The notes under the pieces were generated by a model that saw only the letters and a list, made by a program, of their open reading frames with translations, was not told the DNA's origin and searched no databases. Shown in pieces: positions 9,895-21,238 of a DNA stretch of 64,000 nucleotides. The DNA is from an uncultured delta proteobacterium. GTDB lineage: Bacteria > Myxococcota_A > Polyangia > Polyangiales > Polyangiaceae. Both the position numbers and the translations under genes were made by a program. Position 1 is the first letter of the stretch. Each line of letters opens with the position of its first letter. The stretch is taken from contig CAWDXG010000004.1 of the NCBI GenBank assembly GCA_963806225.1, positions 3,936,001 through 4,000,000 on the forward strand, written 5' to 3'.

Positions 9895-11352
9895 ATGCAT
9901 AGATGCAAACGTAATGGGGCCGCGCGTGGAACCGGGAAGCGCCGAACCCGGCGTTTGGACCTGTTCCGTTCGCTGCTCGTAGGCGCTGCCGCTGTCGCGG
10001 TCGCATGCAGTGTTTTCGAGCCGCCCAGCGGCGCCACCGGCGATGGAGGCCCCGACGCTTCCACAGGCGGCACGGCAGGAACGGCAGGCGCCGACGCTTC
10101 CGCCGGGAAGGGCGGCGTAGCGGGAACCGGCGGCACCGGGACGACCGGACCGTGGTGGCCGCACCAGGCGGCCAACGGCTGCCAGAGCGAAGGCGTGCCG
10201 ACGAGCAAGGATCGACCGTCACAATCCGGTTCGGGCTCGGACGAGACGATCACGCTGGCCATCTCGCGCATGCGCTTCGGCAATGCGAAGGACGACCCGC
10301 AGCTCAGCGAGGACGGAACCGCCTGGCAGAACATCGGCTTCGATCTCGACGGCAGCTGCACGGGCAGCGCGACCTGCGTGGTCGACGGCGGCAAGGTGAA
10401 GGAACAAGCCTGCAAGAACAGCACGCTTCTGCCCTTCGACGGAAACGACTGCCGCGACAACCAGATCGGAGCGCTGTTCCCCATCGCGGCCCTGTCGCCG
10501 CAGGTGGGAGATCTGTTCGGGATCTCGGAGCTGGACTGGAACTGTTCGTTGTGGCGGGGCGAGTTCAGCGTGATCCTCAAGGTCAGCGGGTACAACGGGC
10601 AGCCGAACGACGACTCGGTGCGCCTCGATGTCTATACGTCGATCGGGCTGCAGGGGCTGCCCAGCTGGACGTGCACGAGCGGTACGAACGGGGGCGTGCC
10701 CGACAACTGGTACAAGCAGGCCCAGTGGCTCAAGACCAAGCACTGGACCGTCGCCAAGCGTTCCATCGCGCTGAACGCCGGCGACGCAGGCACGGAGCTG
10801 CCGAACTCGAAGGACGCCGACCCGGCCGCGTTCGTCAGGAATGGTTACCTCTTCGCCAGTCTGCCCTCCGGCACGGAGATCTGGCTGGACGGCGAGCGCG
10901 GCCACGTCCCAGGTTTCCGCATCCTGCTGCACCGCGCTCTGCTGGTCGGCAAGCTCTTCTTGCGGCCGAACAACACCTGGAAGATCTCCGACGGCACCAT
11001 CGGCGGCGTCGTGCTGCCCTCGGAGATCCTCAGCTCGTTCAGGGAGCTCGGGTTCTGCGAGAACATGTGCTCCGACTACGACAACGTCAAGGGGTACCTG
11101 AACACCAACCAGGACACGCTCTCGAACACCGACGCCAAGCTACCGAACACACCGTGCGACAGCCTGTCGGTCGGCATCGCTTTCGAGGCGCTCGAAGCGA
11201 CGGCTGACGCGAGTGACCTCGTCACCGTCCAGAAACCCGTGGACTGCCCCCAGCCGCGGAACCCCAACGCGCCGCGGCAGGGCTGTGTGTGTCCCGACCC
11301 GACGGTCGGCGGGCCCTGCGTGATGCCGGAAGGAGGCGTCGATGGCGGATAA
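9895..11352 (+). CDS. Hypothetical Cys-rich myxobacterial lipoprotein (true start probably slightly downstream)
   Basis: AVAVAC lipobox, Gly-rich linker, GFDLDG motif; overlaps the next gene. Confidence 0.75.
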   Translation: MHRCKRNGAARGTGKRRTRRLDLFRSLLVGAAAVAVACSVFEPPSGATGDGGPDASTGGTAGTAGADASAGKGGVAGTGGTGTTGPWWPHQAANGCQSEGVPTSKDRPSQSGSGSDETITLAISRMRFGNAKDDPQLSEDGTAWQNIGFDLDGSCTGSATCVVDGGKVKEQACKNSTLLPFDGNDCRDNQIGALFPIAALSPQVGDLFGISELDWNCSLWRGEFSVILKVSGYNGQPNDDSVRLDVYTSIGLQGLPSWTCTSGTNGGVPDNWYKQAQWLKTKHWTVAKRSIALNAGDAGTELPNSKDADPAAFVRNGYLFASLPSGTEIWLDGERGHVPGFRILLHRALLVGKLFLRPNNTWKISDGTIGGVVLPSEILSSFRELGFCENMCSDYDNVKGYLNTNQDTLSNTDAKLPNTPCDSLSVGIAFEALEATADASDLVTVQKPVDCPQPRNPNAPRQGCVCPDPTVGGPCVMPEGGVDGG

Positions 11353-12346
11353 TGGAACGCGGACGCTGAGGCGCGCGGCAGGCGGCGCGCTGGTCGCGGC
11401 GGCGCTGTTGTTCGCGGGCGGCGCGCACGCACAGGGAGACAAGAGCGACGTAGCCGCGGCGGCCAACGCCTTCTCGCGTGCCCAGCGCGCCGCGCTCAAA
11501 GGCGATTACGCGCGCGCCGCGGAGCTGTTCGATCTGGCCGACAGCCTTGCGCCAAGCCCGGTAGCCGTGCGCAGCGCAGTCAGCGCGCGGCAGGCCGCGG
11601 GACAGCTGGCGCTGGCAGCCGGGGAGGCCGAGGAGCTCAAGCGCCGCTATCCCGACGACAAGAAGTCCGCGCAGCTCGCCGACCAGATCATCAGCGAGGC
11701 GAAGAAGAAACTGGCGCGCCAGCAGGTCACCTGCGAACCCGTCGACTGCCAGTTGGTGGTCGACGGCGCGGCAGCCAGCACGGAGGCGAAGCGCGAGCAC
11801 GTCGTCTACCTGGAACCGGGAGAGCACAGCCTGGTGGCGGTCTTCGGCGACCGGCGGACCGCGCCGGACAAGGTCACCGAGAAGGCTGGTGAACACGCCA
11901 AGATCACCTTCCACCAGCCTCCGCCCCCGCCCACGAAGCCGACGCCGAGCGTGCTTCCGCCCAGCTCTGGCCAGACACCGCCGAGACATGACCAGGGCGC
12001 AGGTCACAAGCCGGCATCGGGCGGGCTGTCGCCCTGGTACTTCGGCACCGGTGCCGTGATCACGGCTGCACTGGGCGGCGTCAGCATCTGGTCCGGGCTG
12101 GACACGCTCAAGGCGCACGACAAGTACAAGCAACACGAGACCGAGGCGGGCTATCAGGATGGGCTCAGCCGCGAGCGGCGCTCGAACATCCTGTTCGCGG
12201 CGACAGGCGTCGCAGCCGCAGCCACGGTGACGCTGGCGCTGTTCACCGACTTCAGCGGAAGCTCCCCGGACAAGGACAAGGGCGTCGCCACCAGCGTTGC
12301 GGCGTCGCCGGACGGGGCAAAGCTCTTCGTGCAGGGAAGGTTCTGA
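11342..12346 (+). CDS. Secreted TPR/PEGA-like protein with C-terminal hydrophobic segments
   Basis: Signal peptide, helical GDYARAAELF, LVVDG...YLEPGEH PEGA-like strands, terminal VQGRF. Confidence 0.72.
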   Translation: MADNGTRTLRRAAGGALVAAALLFAGGAHAQGDKSDVAAAANAFSRAQRAALKGDYARAAELFDLADSLAPSPVAVRSAVSARQAAGQLALAAGEAEELKRRYPDDKKSAQLADQIISEAKKKLARQQVTCEPVDCQLVVDGAAASTEAKREHVVYLEPGEHSLVAVFGDRRTAPDKVTEKAGEHAKITFHQPPPPPTKPTPSVLPPSSGQTPPRHDQGAGHKPASGGLSPWYFGTGAVITAALGGVSIWSGLDTLKAHDKYKQHETEAGYQDGLSRERRSNILFAATGVAAAATVTLALFTDFSGSSPDKDKGVATSVAASPDGAKLFVQGRF

Positions 12347-13944
12347 TGTCGGACTGGCCCGCGGGCGCACCGCGCCGACTGGGCCGCTACGAGGTCGTGG
12401 CCGAGATTGCCCGCGGCGGAATGGGCACCGTCTATCTGGCGCGGCGCGCCGGCGAGGCGGGCTTCCAGAGGCTGTTCGCCATCAAGCTGATGCATCCGCA
12501 TCTGGAAGAGGACCACCATTTCGTCGACATGCTGCTCGACGAAGCGCGCATCGCGGCGCGCATCCACCACCCGAACGTGGTGGCCATCCTCGACCTCGGG
12601 CTGGAGGAGGGGCGCCACTTCGTGGTGCTGGAGTACGTCGATGGAGCCGCGTTCTCCGTCTTGCTCATGCGCAGCAAGGAAGCGCGCCCGCCGCAGCTGA
12701 TCGTGCCGATCATGATCGACACGCTGGAGGGTCTTTCGGCGGCCCACTCGCTCACCGACGACGACGGCCTGCCGCTGCATCTGGTCCATCGCGACGTCTC
12801 GCCGCAGAACATTCTCGTCGGCGCCGACGGGATCGGGCGCATCACGGACTTCGGCATCGCGAAAGCCGAGGCGCGGATTACCAGCACCCGACCCGGGATG
12901 CGAAAAGGCAAGATCCACTACATGGCGCCGGAACAGCTGATCGAGGACGGCGACAACATCGATCTGCGTGCGGACGTGTTCGCGGCGGGCGCCGTCCTGT
13001 GGGGCTCGCTGACGGGCCGGTCGCTGTTCCGCGGACAGAACGACGCCGCCACGGTCCACAACGTGCTGAGCAAGGAGGTCCCGCCGCCGAGCACGGTCGG
13101 GTTCCACCCGCCCGCCGCGTTCGACGCGGTGTGCCTGCGCGCGCTCGAACGAGACCCCGAAAAGCGCTTCCAGAGCGCCCTGGAAATGGCGGACGCGCTG
13201 CGCAGAGCTGCAGCCGCGCACGGTCTGGTCAGCTCGCACTCGGCCATCGCTTCGTGGGTCGGCGAGACCCTCGGCGACGAGCTCGAGGCCCGACGGCAGG
13301 CCATCCGGACGGTCGCGTCGCCCTCGCAGGGCTTCGGAAGCATGGAGTCGTTGCCGGAGCTGCCCACGCTCGGGCCGGTGTCCGCCGGGTCACTCAGCCC
13401 CACCTACCCGAACGCCGCCGCGAGCCTCGAGGTGCCGACCCGGCCAGCCACTCCGGTGTCGCAGACGCAGCCGACGGCCACCATCCACTCGCTCAACGTC
13501 GAACCCATGCCCGGCCTGCGCGCAGGCCGTCGGCGCGCGCTGATCGTCGGTGGGGCGCTGCTCGTCCCGCTCCTGATCGGCGCGACGTGGCTGGCCACGC
13601 GCTCGTCGGACCAGGAGCGCAGCGCGGCCCAGACTTCGAGCAGCGCCACTCTCCAGACAGCCCCCCCGGAGCCCGCGCCGAAAGCGAGCGAGAACGCCGA
13701 GCCGCCCGCGCCCGCCAGCGCTGCCGAGTCATCGGCACCGGTCGAGTCGACGACCGAGCCGGCACACAAGCCCCGGCACGTCGCGCGGTTGCACCGGCAC
13801 GCGAAGCCGACGACCCAGAAGACCACGCTCGCTGCCAGCGCGGCCCCGAAGCCGTCTAGCGCGCCCCCGCCCGCTACCGCAAAGCCGCCGTCGAACACGG
13901 GCACCGGCGTCCCGTTCGAGAACAACCCCTACCTGCGCAAGTAG
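12346..13944 (+). CDS. Hanks-type Ser/Thr protein kinase with transmembrane helix
   Basis: ARGGMGTVY, AIK, HRDVSPQN, DFGIAK and YMAPEQ motifs. Confidence 0.96.
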   Translation: MSDWPAGAPRRLGRYEVVAEIARGGMGTVYLARRAGEAGFQRLFAIKLMHPHLEEDHHFVDMLLDEARIAARIHHPNVVAILDLGLEEGRHFVVLEYVDGAAFSVLLMRSKEARPPQLIVPIMIDTLEGLSAAHSLTDDDGLPLHLVHRDVSPQNILVGADGIGRITDFGIAKAEARITSTRPGMRKGKIHYMAPEQLIEDGDNIDLRADVFAAGAVLWGSLTGRSLFRGQNDAATVHNVLSKEVPPPSTVGFHPPAAFDAVCLRALERDPEKRFQSALEMADALRRAAAAHGLVSSHSAIASWVGETLGDELEARRQAIRTVASPSQGFGSMESLPELPTLGPVSAGSLSPTYPNAAASLEVPTRPATPVSQTQPTATIHSLNVEPMPGLRAGRRRALIVGGALLVPLLIGATWLATRSSDQERSAAQTSSSATLQTAPPEPAPKASENAEPPAPASAAESSAPVESTTEPAHKPRHVARLHRHAKPTTQKTTLAASAAPKPSSAPPPATAKPPSNTGTGVPFENNPYLRK

Positions 13945-14018
13945 GCGAAGAGCGCCGGCGTCCGGGGTCCCGGCGGATCCCTGCGTGACGCCGGCCGACA
14001 ACGTGCTACTGGCGTCGC

Positions 14019-15149
14019 GTGGCCGGAAATAGTCTTGGACAGCTGTTCCGCATCACCACGGCGGGCGAGTCGCACGGCCCGGGAAACGTCGTGATCGTGG
14101 ACGGCTGTCCGCCCGGCCTCGAGCTATCGTCGGCCGACCTTGTCGGCGACCTGGCGCGGCGCCGGCCCGGGCAGAGCCGCATCGTGACGCAGCGGCAGGA
14201 GGCGGACGAGGCGGAAATCCTGTCGGGCGTGTTCGAGGGCCGCACGACGGGCACGCCGATCGCGATCCTGATCCGGAACGTCGACCAGAAGTCCGGCGAC
14301 TACTCGGATATCAAGGACAAGTACCGCCCCGGGCACGCCGACTACAGCTACGACGCGAAGTACGGGTTCCGCGACTATCGCGGCGGAGGGCGGGCGAGCG
14401 CGCGCGAAACGGTCGCGCGGGTAGCAGCCGGCGTCGTCGCGAAGAAGCTCGTTGCCGCGGCCTTTGGCGGACGCGTGGTCGGCTACGTAAAGCAGGTGGG
14501 CGATATCGTGGCGAGCGTGCCCGAGCCGGCCGACGTGACGCTGGACGACGTGGAAGCGCTTTCCGATGGAGCGCCAAACATCGTGCGCTGTCCCGATCAC
14601 GAAACGGCAGCCCGGATGGTCAAGCTCATCGAACGCATGCGGAAGGACCAGGACTCGATCGGGGGCGTGGCGGAGATCGTCGCAACGGGTGTGCCCGCCG
14701 GGCTCGGCGAGCCGGTGTTCGACAAGCTCAAGGCCGACCTCGGCAAGGCGCTGCTCAGCATCCCGGCAGTACTCGGCGTCGAGTACGGCGTGGGCTTCGG
14801 CTGCGCCACGCTGCGCGGCAGCCAGAACAACGACCTCTTCACGACCGACGGCGAGGGCGACGAGCGCCGCATCGTCACCGGGACCAACCGTCACGGCGGC
14901 ATGCTGGGCGGCATCAGCTCGGGGATGCCCGTCGTGCTGCGCGCGGCGGTGAAGCCGACGAGCAGCCTGCCTCGCGAACAGGCCACGGTGACGCGGGCGG
15001 GCGCGCCAACCAGCATCCGCACCGGCGGCCGCCATGACCCGTGTCTCCTGCCGCGTTTCGTGCCGATCGCCGAGGCCATGGTCGCGCTGGTGCTGGCGGA
15101 CCACTGGCTGCGCTGGGCGGCAGAAGGCCGCGCCGTCGGCGGCACCTAG
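14019..15149 (+). CDS. aroC: Chorismate synthase
   Basis: TAGESHG, RPGHAD, GGGRASARET, KPTSS and GRHDPC signatures. Confidence 0.97.
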   Translation: MAGNSLGQLFRITTAGESHGPGNVVIVDGCPPGLELSSADLVGDLARRRPGQSRIVTQRQEADEAEILSGVFEGRTTGTPIAILIRNVDQKSGDYSDIKDKYRPGHADYSYDAKYGFRDYRGGGRASARETVARVAAGVVAKKLVAAAFGGRVVGYVKQVGDIVASVPEPADVTLDDVEALSDGAPNIVRCPDHETAARMVKLIERMRKDQDSIGGVAEIVATGVPAGLGEPVFDKLKADLGKALLSIPAVLGVEYGVGFGCATLRGSQNNDLFTTDGEGDERRIVTGTNRHGGMLGGISSGMPVVLRAAVKPTSSLPREQATVTRAGAPTSIRTGGRHDPCLLPRFVPIAEAMVALVLADHWLRWAAEGRAVGGT

Positions 15150-16306
15150 CCGCGCGCTCGGGACACCGCCCGCGGATCGGGACCGGGCTCGGTGGCGAAG
15201 CGCCGCACCAGAGCGCGCGACCACTGGCTCGCCGCGTAGCCGAACACGGAAGCGCCGCCCAGCAGCATGACCGGGAGCATCCAGAACGGACGACCCGCTG
15301 CCGCCAGGAGCAGCGCCAGCATCACGAAGCTGTCGCGGCGCAGGAGGGTGCGACCGAGCCGGATCAATCCGGACAGCGGCGAACCGCTGGCGGGTTCCGT
15401 CACGAGCATCACGTCCCCGCGACCCGTGCCGTAGAGCCGGCTGTAGAGGAACACCAGGTAGGCGGCCCACAGAGCGAGGCCCGCAGCGCCCAGCGCTGCG
15501 AGCAGCGCGTGTCCTCGGTGCGCGGCAACCCACGCGAGCGCCGTGAAGTAGGCGAAGTTCGAGAAGTTGTCTCCCGCCGAGTCGAGCAGCTCGCCGAGAC
15601 GACTCTGCTGCCAGCGAACGCGGGCGAGCTCGCCGTCGACGCCGTCGAGGATGGAGTTGAGCTGGAACACGGCGGCCCCCGCCAGCACCCAGCCGTAGCT
15701 CCCGCCGAGAACAAGCAGCGCGGCCAGGGCGCCGAGCGCGATGCAGAGCACGGAGACGTGGTTCGGATGGACCCGCGTCGCGACCAACCGGCGGCTCAAC
15801 CACAGGCTCACGTGGCGATTGATGTTCCTGGAGACGATCCCGTCGATCGGCTTGCGGCACGATTCGAACAGCCGACGCGTTGCGAGTCGCGCTTCGGCGT
15901 CGTCGAGAGCGGGCTGGTAGAGCAGGCCCTGCGCGGAGCGTTCCTCGATGGGTATGCCGAGGCGGCAGAGCCCGGCAACCACCTCTTCCGGCTGCGTCGC
16001 GCCGGTGAGCTCGAGCTGCCGCGCAGCGGACGCGTGGACCCGGACTGCGCCGCCGGCTCGACAGGCTCCGCCCACCGGGGGGTCGCCGAGCGCGGCACCG
16101 GTACGCCGGTCGTACACGGTCGACGCCGAAACGAACAGCAGATCCGCATCGCGGCGCATAGGGAGGGCATCACCGGGCGCCATCACGACGACGTCACTGG
16201 CGCCCCAGCTCCGCACGGTCAGCATGCAGCGGCGGAGCAGATCGAGCCCGGCCACCTGCCGCAGTGGATCGGTACCGGGCGCGATCAGGATCACCGCGCG
16301 CAGCAT
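15146..16306 (-). CDS. CDP-alcohol phosphatidyltransferase with a degenerate NTP-transferase-like N-terminus
   Basis: ATG at 16306; DGIVSRNINR, HPNHVS and ILDGVDGELAR...GELLDSAGD motifs. Confidence 0.85.
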   Translation of the reverse strand: MLRAVILIAPGTDPLRQVAGLDLLRRCMLTVRSWGASDVVVMAPGDALPMRRDADLLFVSASTVYDRRTGAALGDPPVGGACRAGGAVRVHASAARQLELTGATQPEEVVAGLCRLGIPIEERSAQGLLYQPALDDAEARLATRRLFESCRKPIDGIVSRNINRHVSLWLSRRLVATRVHPNHVSVLCIALGALAALLVLGGSYGWVLAGAAVFQLNSILDGVDGELARVRWQQSRLGELLDSAGDNFSNFAYFTALAWVAAHRGHALLAALGAAGLALWAAYLVFLYSRLYGTGRGDVMLVTEPASGSPLSGLIRLGRTLLRRDSFVMLALLLAAAGRPFWMLPVMLLGGASVFGYAASQWSRALVRRFATEPGPDPRAVSRARG

Positions 16307-17199
16307 CAGCTTCCCCCCATCCGGCGCCAGGCCCGCGTCCAGCCCGCCAGTGCGAAGACCATCACTGCGTTCGAACCGAACAGGATGACAGCGGCCATCA
16401 CTTCCAGGGCGAGCCCGGGGTCGATCGCGGACAAGAGCGTGGTCGTGTAGATGACGACCAGGTGGCTCCCGAGCCCGATGAAACCGGTCAGGCGCATGGG
16501 CAAGGCGAGCTCGCGCCGCGCGAGGTGGCGGTCTACCCGTGCGGCTGCGCGTGGAGCGGTCGTGCCCGCGGCGATACCGCCGTAGACCGTGCGGTAGACG
16601 GCATCCAACGCGCGCTCGACTCTGCCCGTGGGGCCGGGCGTCGCGGCACGGGCCGGACCGACGGCGCGCAGATAGCGATTCTTCGCGTCGTCGTAGAGCG
16701 CACAGTGCACCAGGATCGTGGGCAGGATGAGGACGCACGCCGGCCACGCCCACCAGGCGTGGACCTGCCCGCACAACGTGTGCGACACGCCGTACCACAC
16801 GGAAATGCCGACCACGGTGTCCACGAATCCGTCGAGGAGCATGCCGAACCGGCTGCCACCGCCGGTGAGGCGCGCGAGCATGCCGTCCGCGCAGTCGAGG
16901 ATGACCGACGCGAAAAGGAGCAACGCGCCGGCCAGTGTGAATGCCGTCCCGCCTTCGAGCGCGTGGTAGTAGCACGCCGCGGCGGCAAGCCCCGCCACGC
17001 CGGACAGCAGCGTGATCAGGTTCGGCGTGACGGGCAGCTCCAGATGCTCGAGCGGCCGGATCAGCGAAAACGCGATGGGGCGGTGGACCCAGCGGTTGAT
17101 CGGTTCCTCGACCGCAGGGTCCTTGAGAGCCTGGGCAAGGGTCCATCCTTGCGTCGGGCGCGAGAGCTTTGGGACCTCGCCGGTGAGGGGCGCGGGCAC
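16306..17199 (-). CDS. CDP-alcohol phosphatidyltransferase
   Basis: GTG at 17199; TPNLIT and LDCADGMLAR...GMLLDGFVD motifs. Confidence 0.88.
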   Translation of the reverse strand: MPAPLTGEVPKLSRPTQGWTLAQALKDPAVEEPINRWVHRPIAFSLIRPLEHLELPVTPNLITLLSGVAGLAAAACYYHALEGGTAFTLAGALLLFASVILDCADGMLARLTGGGSRFGMLLDGFVDTVVGISVWYGVSHTLCGQVHAWWAWPACVLILPTILVHCALYDDAKNRYLRAVGPARAATPGPTGRVERALDAVYRTVYGGIAAGTTAPRAAARVDRHLARRELALPMRLTGFIGLGSHLVVIYTTTLLSAIDPGLALEVMAAVILFGSNAVMVFALAGWTRAWRRMGGS

Positions 17200-17200
17200 T

Positions 17201-17974
17201 TCAGCTCCCCGTGGCCCGGAAAGGCTCTGGCGAGAGCGCCTTCGCCCGCGCCAGGTCGTGGGCGTCGTCGATCTCGGCCCAGGTGCCGGGCGGGACGTCG
17301 ACCGCCGCGGGACGCACCCCGTGCGCAGCCAGATCGTCGAGCGCCGCTTCGTAGAACGCCTGGACGTCGCCCGCTGTCGCGCGCGTGACGACCGCGTCGA
17401 GAAAGCGCGCTCCCCCGTTGGCATCGAAACGATACGCACCGATGGACTCGCCGGAGGATGCAGCGATCGGAAGCTTCTTGCCGAGACGGCAGACTCGACC
17501 GCGACTGTCGAGGATCACCTTCATCGCCTCGGGGTCGAGGCGCACCGAGCGGTCGACGAGCATCGCAGTTTGATGCGGGCGCCGGATCAGTGGGTCGAGT
17601 GCGTGCGGCTGGATCCACAAGTCGCCGTTCAGGAGCAGAAACGGCTCGCCCCTGAGCTTGTGTGCGGCCATCGCCACCGAAGCCAGCGTGTTCGTGCTCC
17701 GGTACTCCGGATTCACCACCCACTCGAGCGAACGGGGCGAGAGCTTGTAGGCGGGGACTTCGGCCTGGATCAAGTCGCGGCGATAGCCGACGACGATCAC
17801 CCATTCGTCGACCCCGAGAGAGCGGAGCCCGTATAGAAGCTGACGCAGCAGCGGCCACCCGTCTATCTCGAGCAGGCACTTGGGTCGCGTTGCGGTGAGC
17901 GGCATGAGCCGGCGGCCCATTCCTGCGGCGAGGATGAGCGCACGACGAACGGGACTGGATGCAGGAGTGATCAT
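17201..17974 (-). CDS. Sugar/phosphocholine-type cytidylyltransferase (NTP_transf family)
   Basis: ALILAAGMGRRL...PKCLL, LLNGD and WAEIDDAHDL motifs. Confidence 0.9.
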   Translation of the reverse strand: MITPASSPVRRALILAAGMGRRLMPLTATRPKCLLEIDGWPLLRQLLYGLRSLGVDEWVIVVGYRRDLIQAEVPAYKLSPRSLEWVVNPEYRSTNTLASVAMAAHKLRGEPFLLLNGDLWIQPHALDPLIRRPHQTAMLVDRSVRLDPEAMKVILDSRGRVCRLGKKLPIAASSGESIGAYRFDANGGARFLDAVVTRATAGDVQAFYEAALDDLAAHGVRPAAVDVPPGTWAEIDDAHDLARAKALSPEPFRATGS

Positions 17975-18237
17975 GGACGAAGCTCCGTCGAAGAGAAGCC
18001 CGCCGGCGCGTCTCGCACTGCTGTCGACACGCTGCTCCGCGGGATGCTGCCGGGGAGCAGTGCACGGCGCGTGCCACTACGCAGGTGGAAACGCGAGGCC
18101 ACGATCGGCGCGCGCTCCAGGGCACGCAGCGCCGGGCAATGTCGCCCTTTTTCGGTCCGCGTGGTGGCGCTTGCAACACCCGCTGTGAAGCCAGCGCACG
18201 GATCGCGCGGCGGGCGACGCCCGCGATCGGGCCCGGG

Positions 18238-18714
18238 CTATCCCTTGAAGATGAACAGATCCGCGTCGGGATCGGTCGCGACGAACAGCGCTTCGTGGGC
18301 GTTCGGCGGGGGAACTTCTTTCGGCTTCAGCGGCCAGGCCAAGAACGCTCCGTCGTGGTCGGGCGACAGCGTGACCGCCACGCGCACAGCGTGGTGACGC
18401 ACCCGCTTCTTCGGCTCCTTCGGCGCGACGGATTCCGCCGCGACCGTTTCTGTGTCGTGCACGCTGGGAAGACGCGCAGGCGGCGGTAGCGTGCGGGGGA
18501 TCTCGAGCGCGCTGCGCAGATCGGCTCCAGCGCGCGCGAGCTGCAGAGCCCGGCTGTCCGCTCCCGCTTCGGCGGCTGCTTCCGCTGCGCGGCGGAGCCA
18601 CGAGAGCGCTGCGCGGCGGTCACCCTGCGACCAGACGGCGTTGGCTGTCTCGAGCGCCCAACGCACATCATCGCCGTCATCCGGCTCGGCAATCGGCGGT
18701 GTTTGCGTGTCCAT
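18238..18714 (-). CDS. Hypothetical protein (myxobacterial helical family)
   Basis: DDVRWALETANAVWSQGDRRAALSWLRRAAEAA pattern; ATG at 18714. Confidence 0.65.
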   Translation of the reverse strand: MDTQTPPIAEPDDGDDVRWALETANAVWSQGDRRAALSWLRRAAEAAAEAGADSRALQLARAGADLRSALEIPRTLPPPARLPSVHDTETVAAESVAPKEPKKRVRHHAVRVAVTLSPDHDGAFLAWPLKPKEVPPPNAHEALFVATDPDADLFIFKG

Positions 18715-18885
18715 GATCCACAACTCATACGCGAACTCCGGCAAGCCGGCGAGAGTCATATTCACGACCGCTACCCGCAAGAACAGCCTGGATGAAAACG
18801 AACCGGCGCGGTGTAACGCCGTGCCGGCGACACGGGTCGGAGGCAGCAATCGCGCCGGCGCGAGCTCGGCAGGCGCGAGGCCGCT

Positions 18886-20049
18886 TCAATCGCCGAACGC
18901 GAAGTACGTCGCCGAGAGCCGCCAGGTACCGCCGTCGGCGATGTTCGAGAACTTCCAGCTGAAGGTGTGCTGGCCGGCTGCAATCAGCGCCGGCGCCGCC
19001 TTGCTGGTCACGAGGTAGGGCGGCGTCATGCTCCCCGGACACCAGTTGGCGCGCGACGCCTTCACGCTCGCGATCGCTCCGCAGGGATTTTCCAGGCAGT
19101 AGTCGAAGCCGCCCGCCGACGTGTTCTGGTGCTTCAGGGTGCACAGCTTGTCGCAGTCGATGCGCCAGGGATCGAACGACGACACCGTCGCTCCGTCCAC
19201 CGACATCGTATCGGTCCGGTGACAGAACTCCTCCGCCGGCCCCTGGCACGCCGGTAGATCGCCGGCCGCGCCGCCGTGACCCGTAGCGCGGTACTCGATA
19301 CGCGCGCTGGTTGTGCCCGCGGGCACGTCGAAGCCGGGCGGCGTGATCACGTCGGTCGCGCCTTCGCTGCCGTTGTAGAGCGGCACCACCGCCAGCACGT
19401 TGCGCGGGGCCTTGCCGGGCACAACCTCGATCTTCGCCGTGACGCTCCAACCTCCGTTGGAGCCGCTCACCTTTCCCGCCGCGTCCGAGTAGGTCGAGAT
19501 GTGCGTGCGCAGCGTGTGCTTGCCGGGCAGGCCGTTCGCCACGTCGGTGATGTCGACTTCCAGATGTTCGGGGCCGCCGAACGGGGTGATGGCGCGCACC
19601 AGCTCGATCGCGGGAGGCCCGACTTTCGGATCCGCGGGATCGTCGAGCGAAAACTCGAAGTTGCGATCGAACGCGTCGCAGTCGGCCGGCCAGTTCTGCC
19701 CCGCTGGCGGCGGATCGTTCTGCCAGCTATCGAACGGGTAGCAGGTCGTCCCCAGGTCGATGATCAACTTGACGGATGCAAACGGTCCGTCCTCGAGGTC
19801 GATGTCCGCCGTGGCGTTCTGGAAGTTCGGCTTGCTGCTGTCGCTGCCGATGCGGACGTTGTCGAAGGCGTTGATGGTGTAGGGCGCTGCCGGCGCGTCG
19901 CTGCTCGCGTCGCCCGGCGTTCCGCCGCTCCCCGCATCGGCCCCCGCGGCTCCCCCGCTTCCGCCAGTGGAGGGCGACCCGGCGGGCTTCGAGCTGCACG
20001 CGCAGAGCCAGATGAGCGGGAGGAAGGCGAGCCGACGAAGCGAAGACAT
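18886..20049 (-). CDS. Peptide-N-glycosidase F-related lipoprotein
   Basis: LCAC lipobox; CDAFDR, ELVRAITPFG, TGHGG, AEEFC and RANWCPG motifs. Confidence 0.8.
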   Translation of the reverse strand: MSSLRRLAFLPLIWLCACSSKPAGSPSTGGSGGAAGADAGSGGTPGDASSDAPAAPYTINAFDNVRIGSDSSKPNFQNATADIDLEDGPFASVKLIIDLGTTCYPFDSWQNDPPPAGQNWPADCDAFDRNFEFSLDDPADPKVGPPAIELVRAITPFGGPEHLEVDITDVANGLPGKHTLRTHISTYSDAAGKVSGSNGGWSVTAKIEVVPGKAPRNVLAVVPLYNGSEGATDVITPPGFDVPAGTTSARIEYRATGHGGAAGDLPACQGPAEEFCHRTDTMSVDGATVSSFDPWRIDCDKLCTLKHQNTSAGGFDYCLENPCGAIASVKASRANWCPGSMTPPYLVTSKAAPALIAAGQHTFSWKFSNIADGGTWRLSATYFAFGD

Positions 20050-20125
20050 GCTCCCAGAGTAGCCGACGAAAAATGCGCTGGAAAGCAGCCACAATCCGGG
20101 CAGATCCAGGCTAGGCTAGCCGGCC

Positions 20126-21234
<1,109 letters not shown>

Positions 21235-21238
<4 letters not shown>

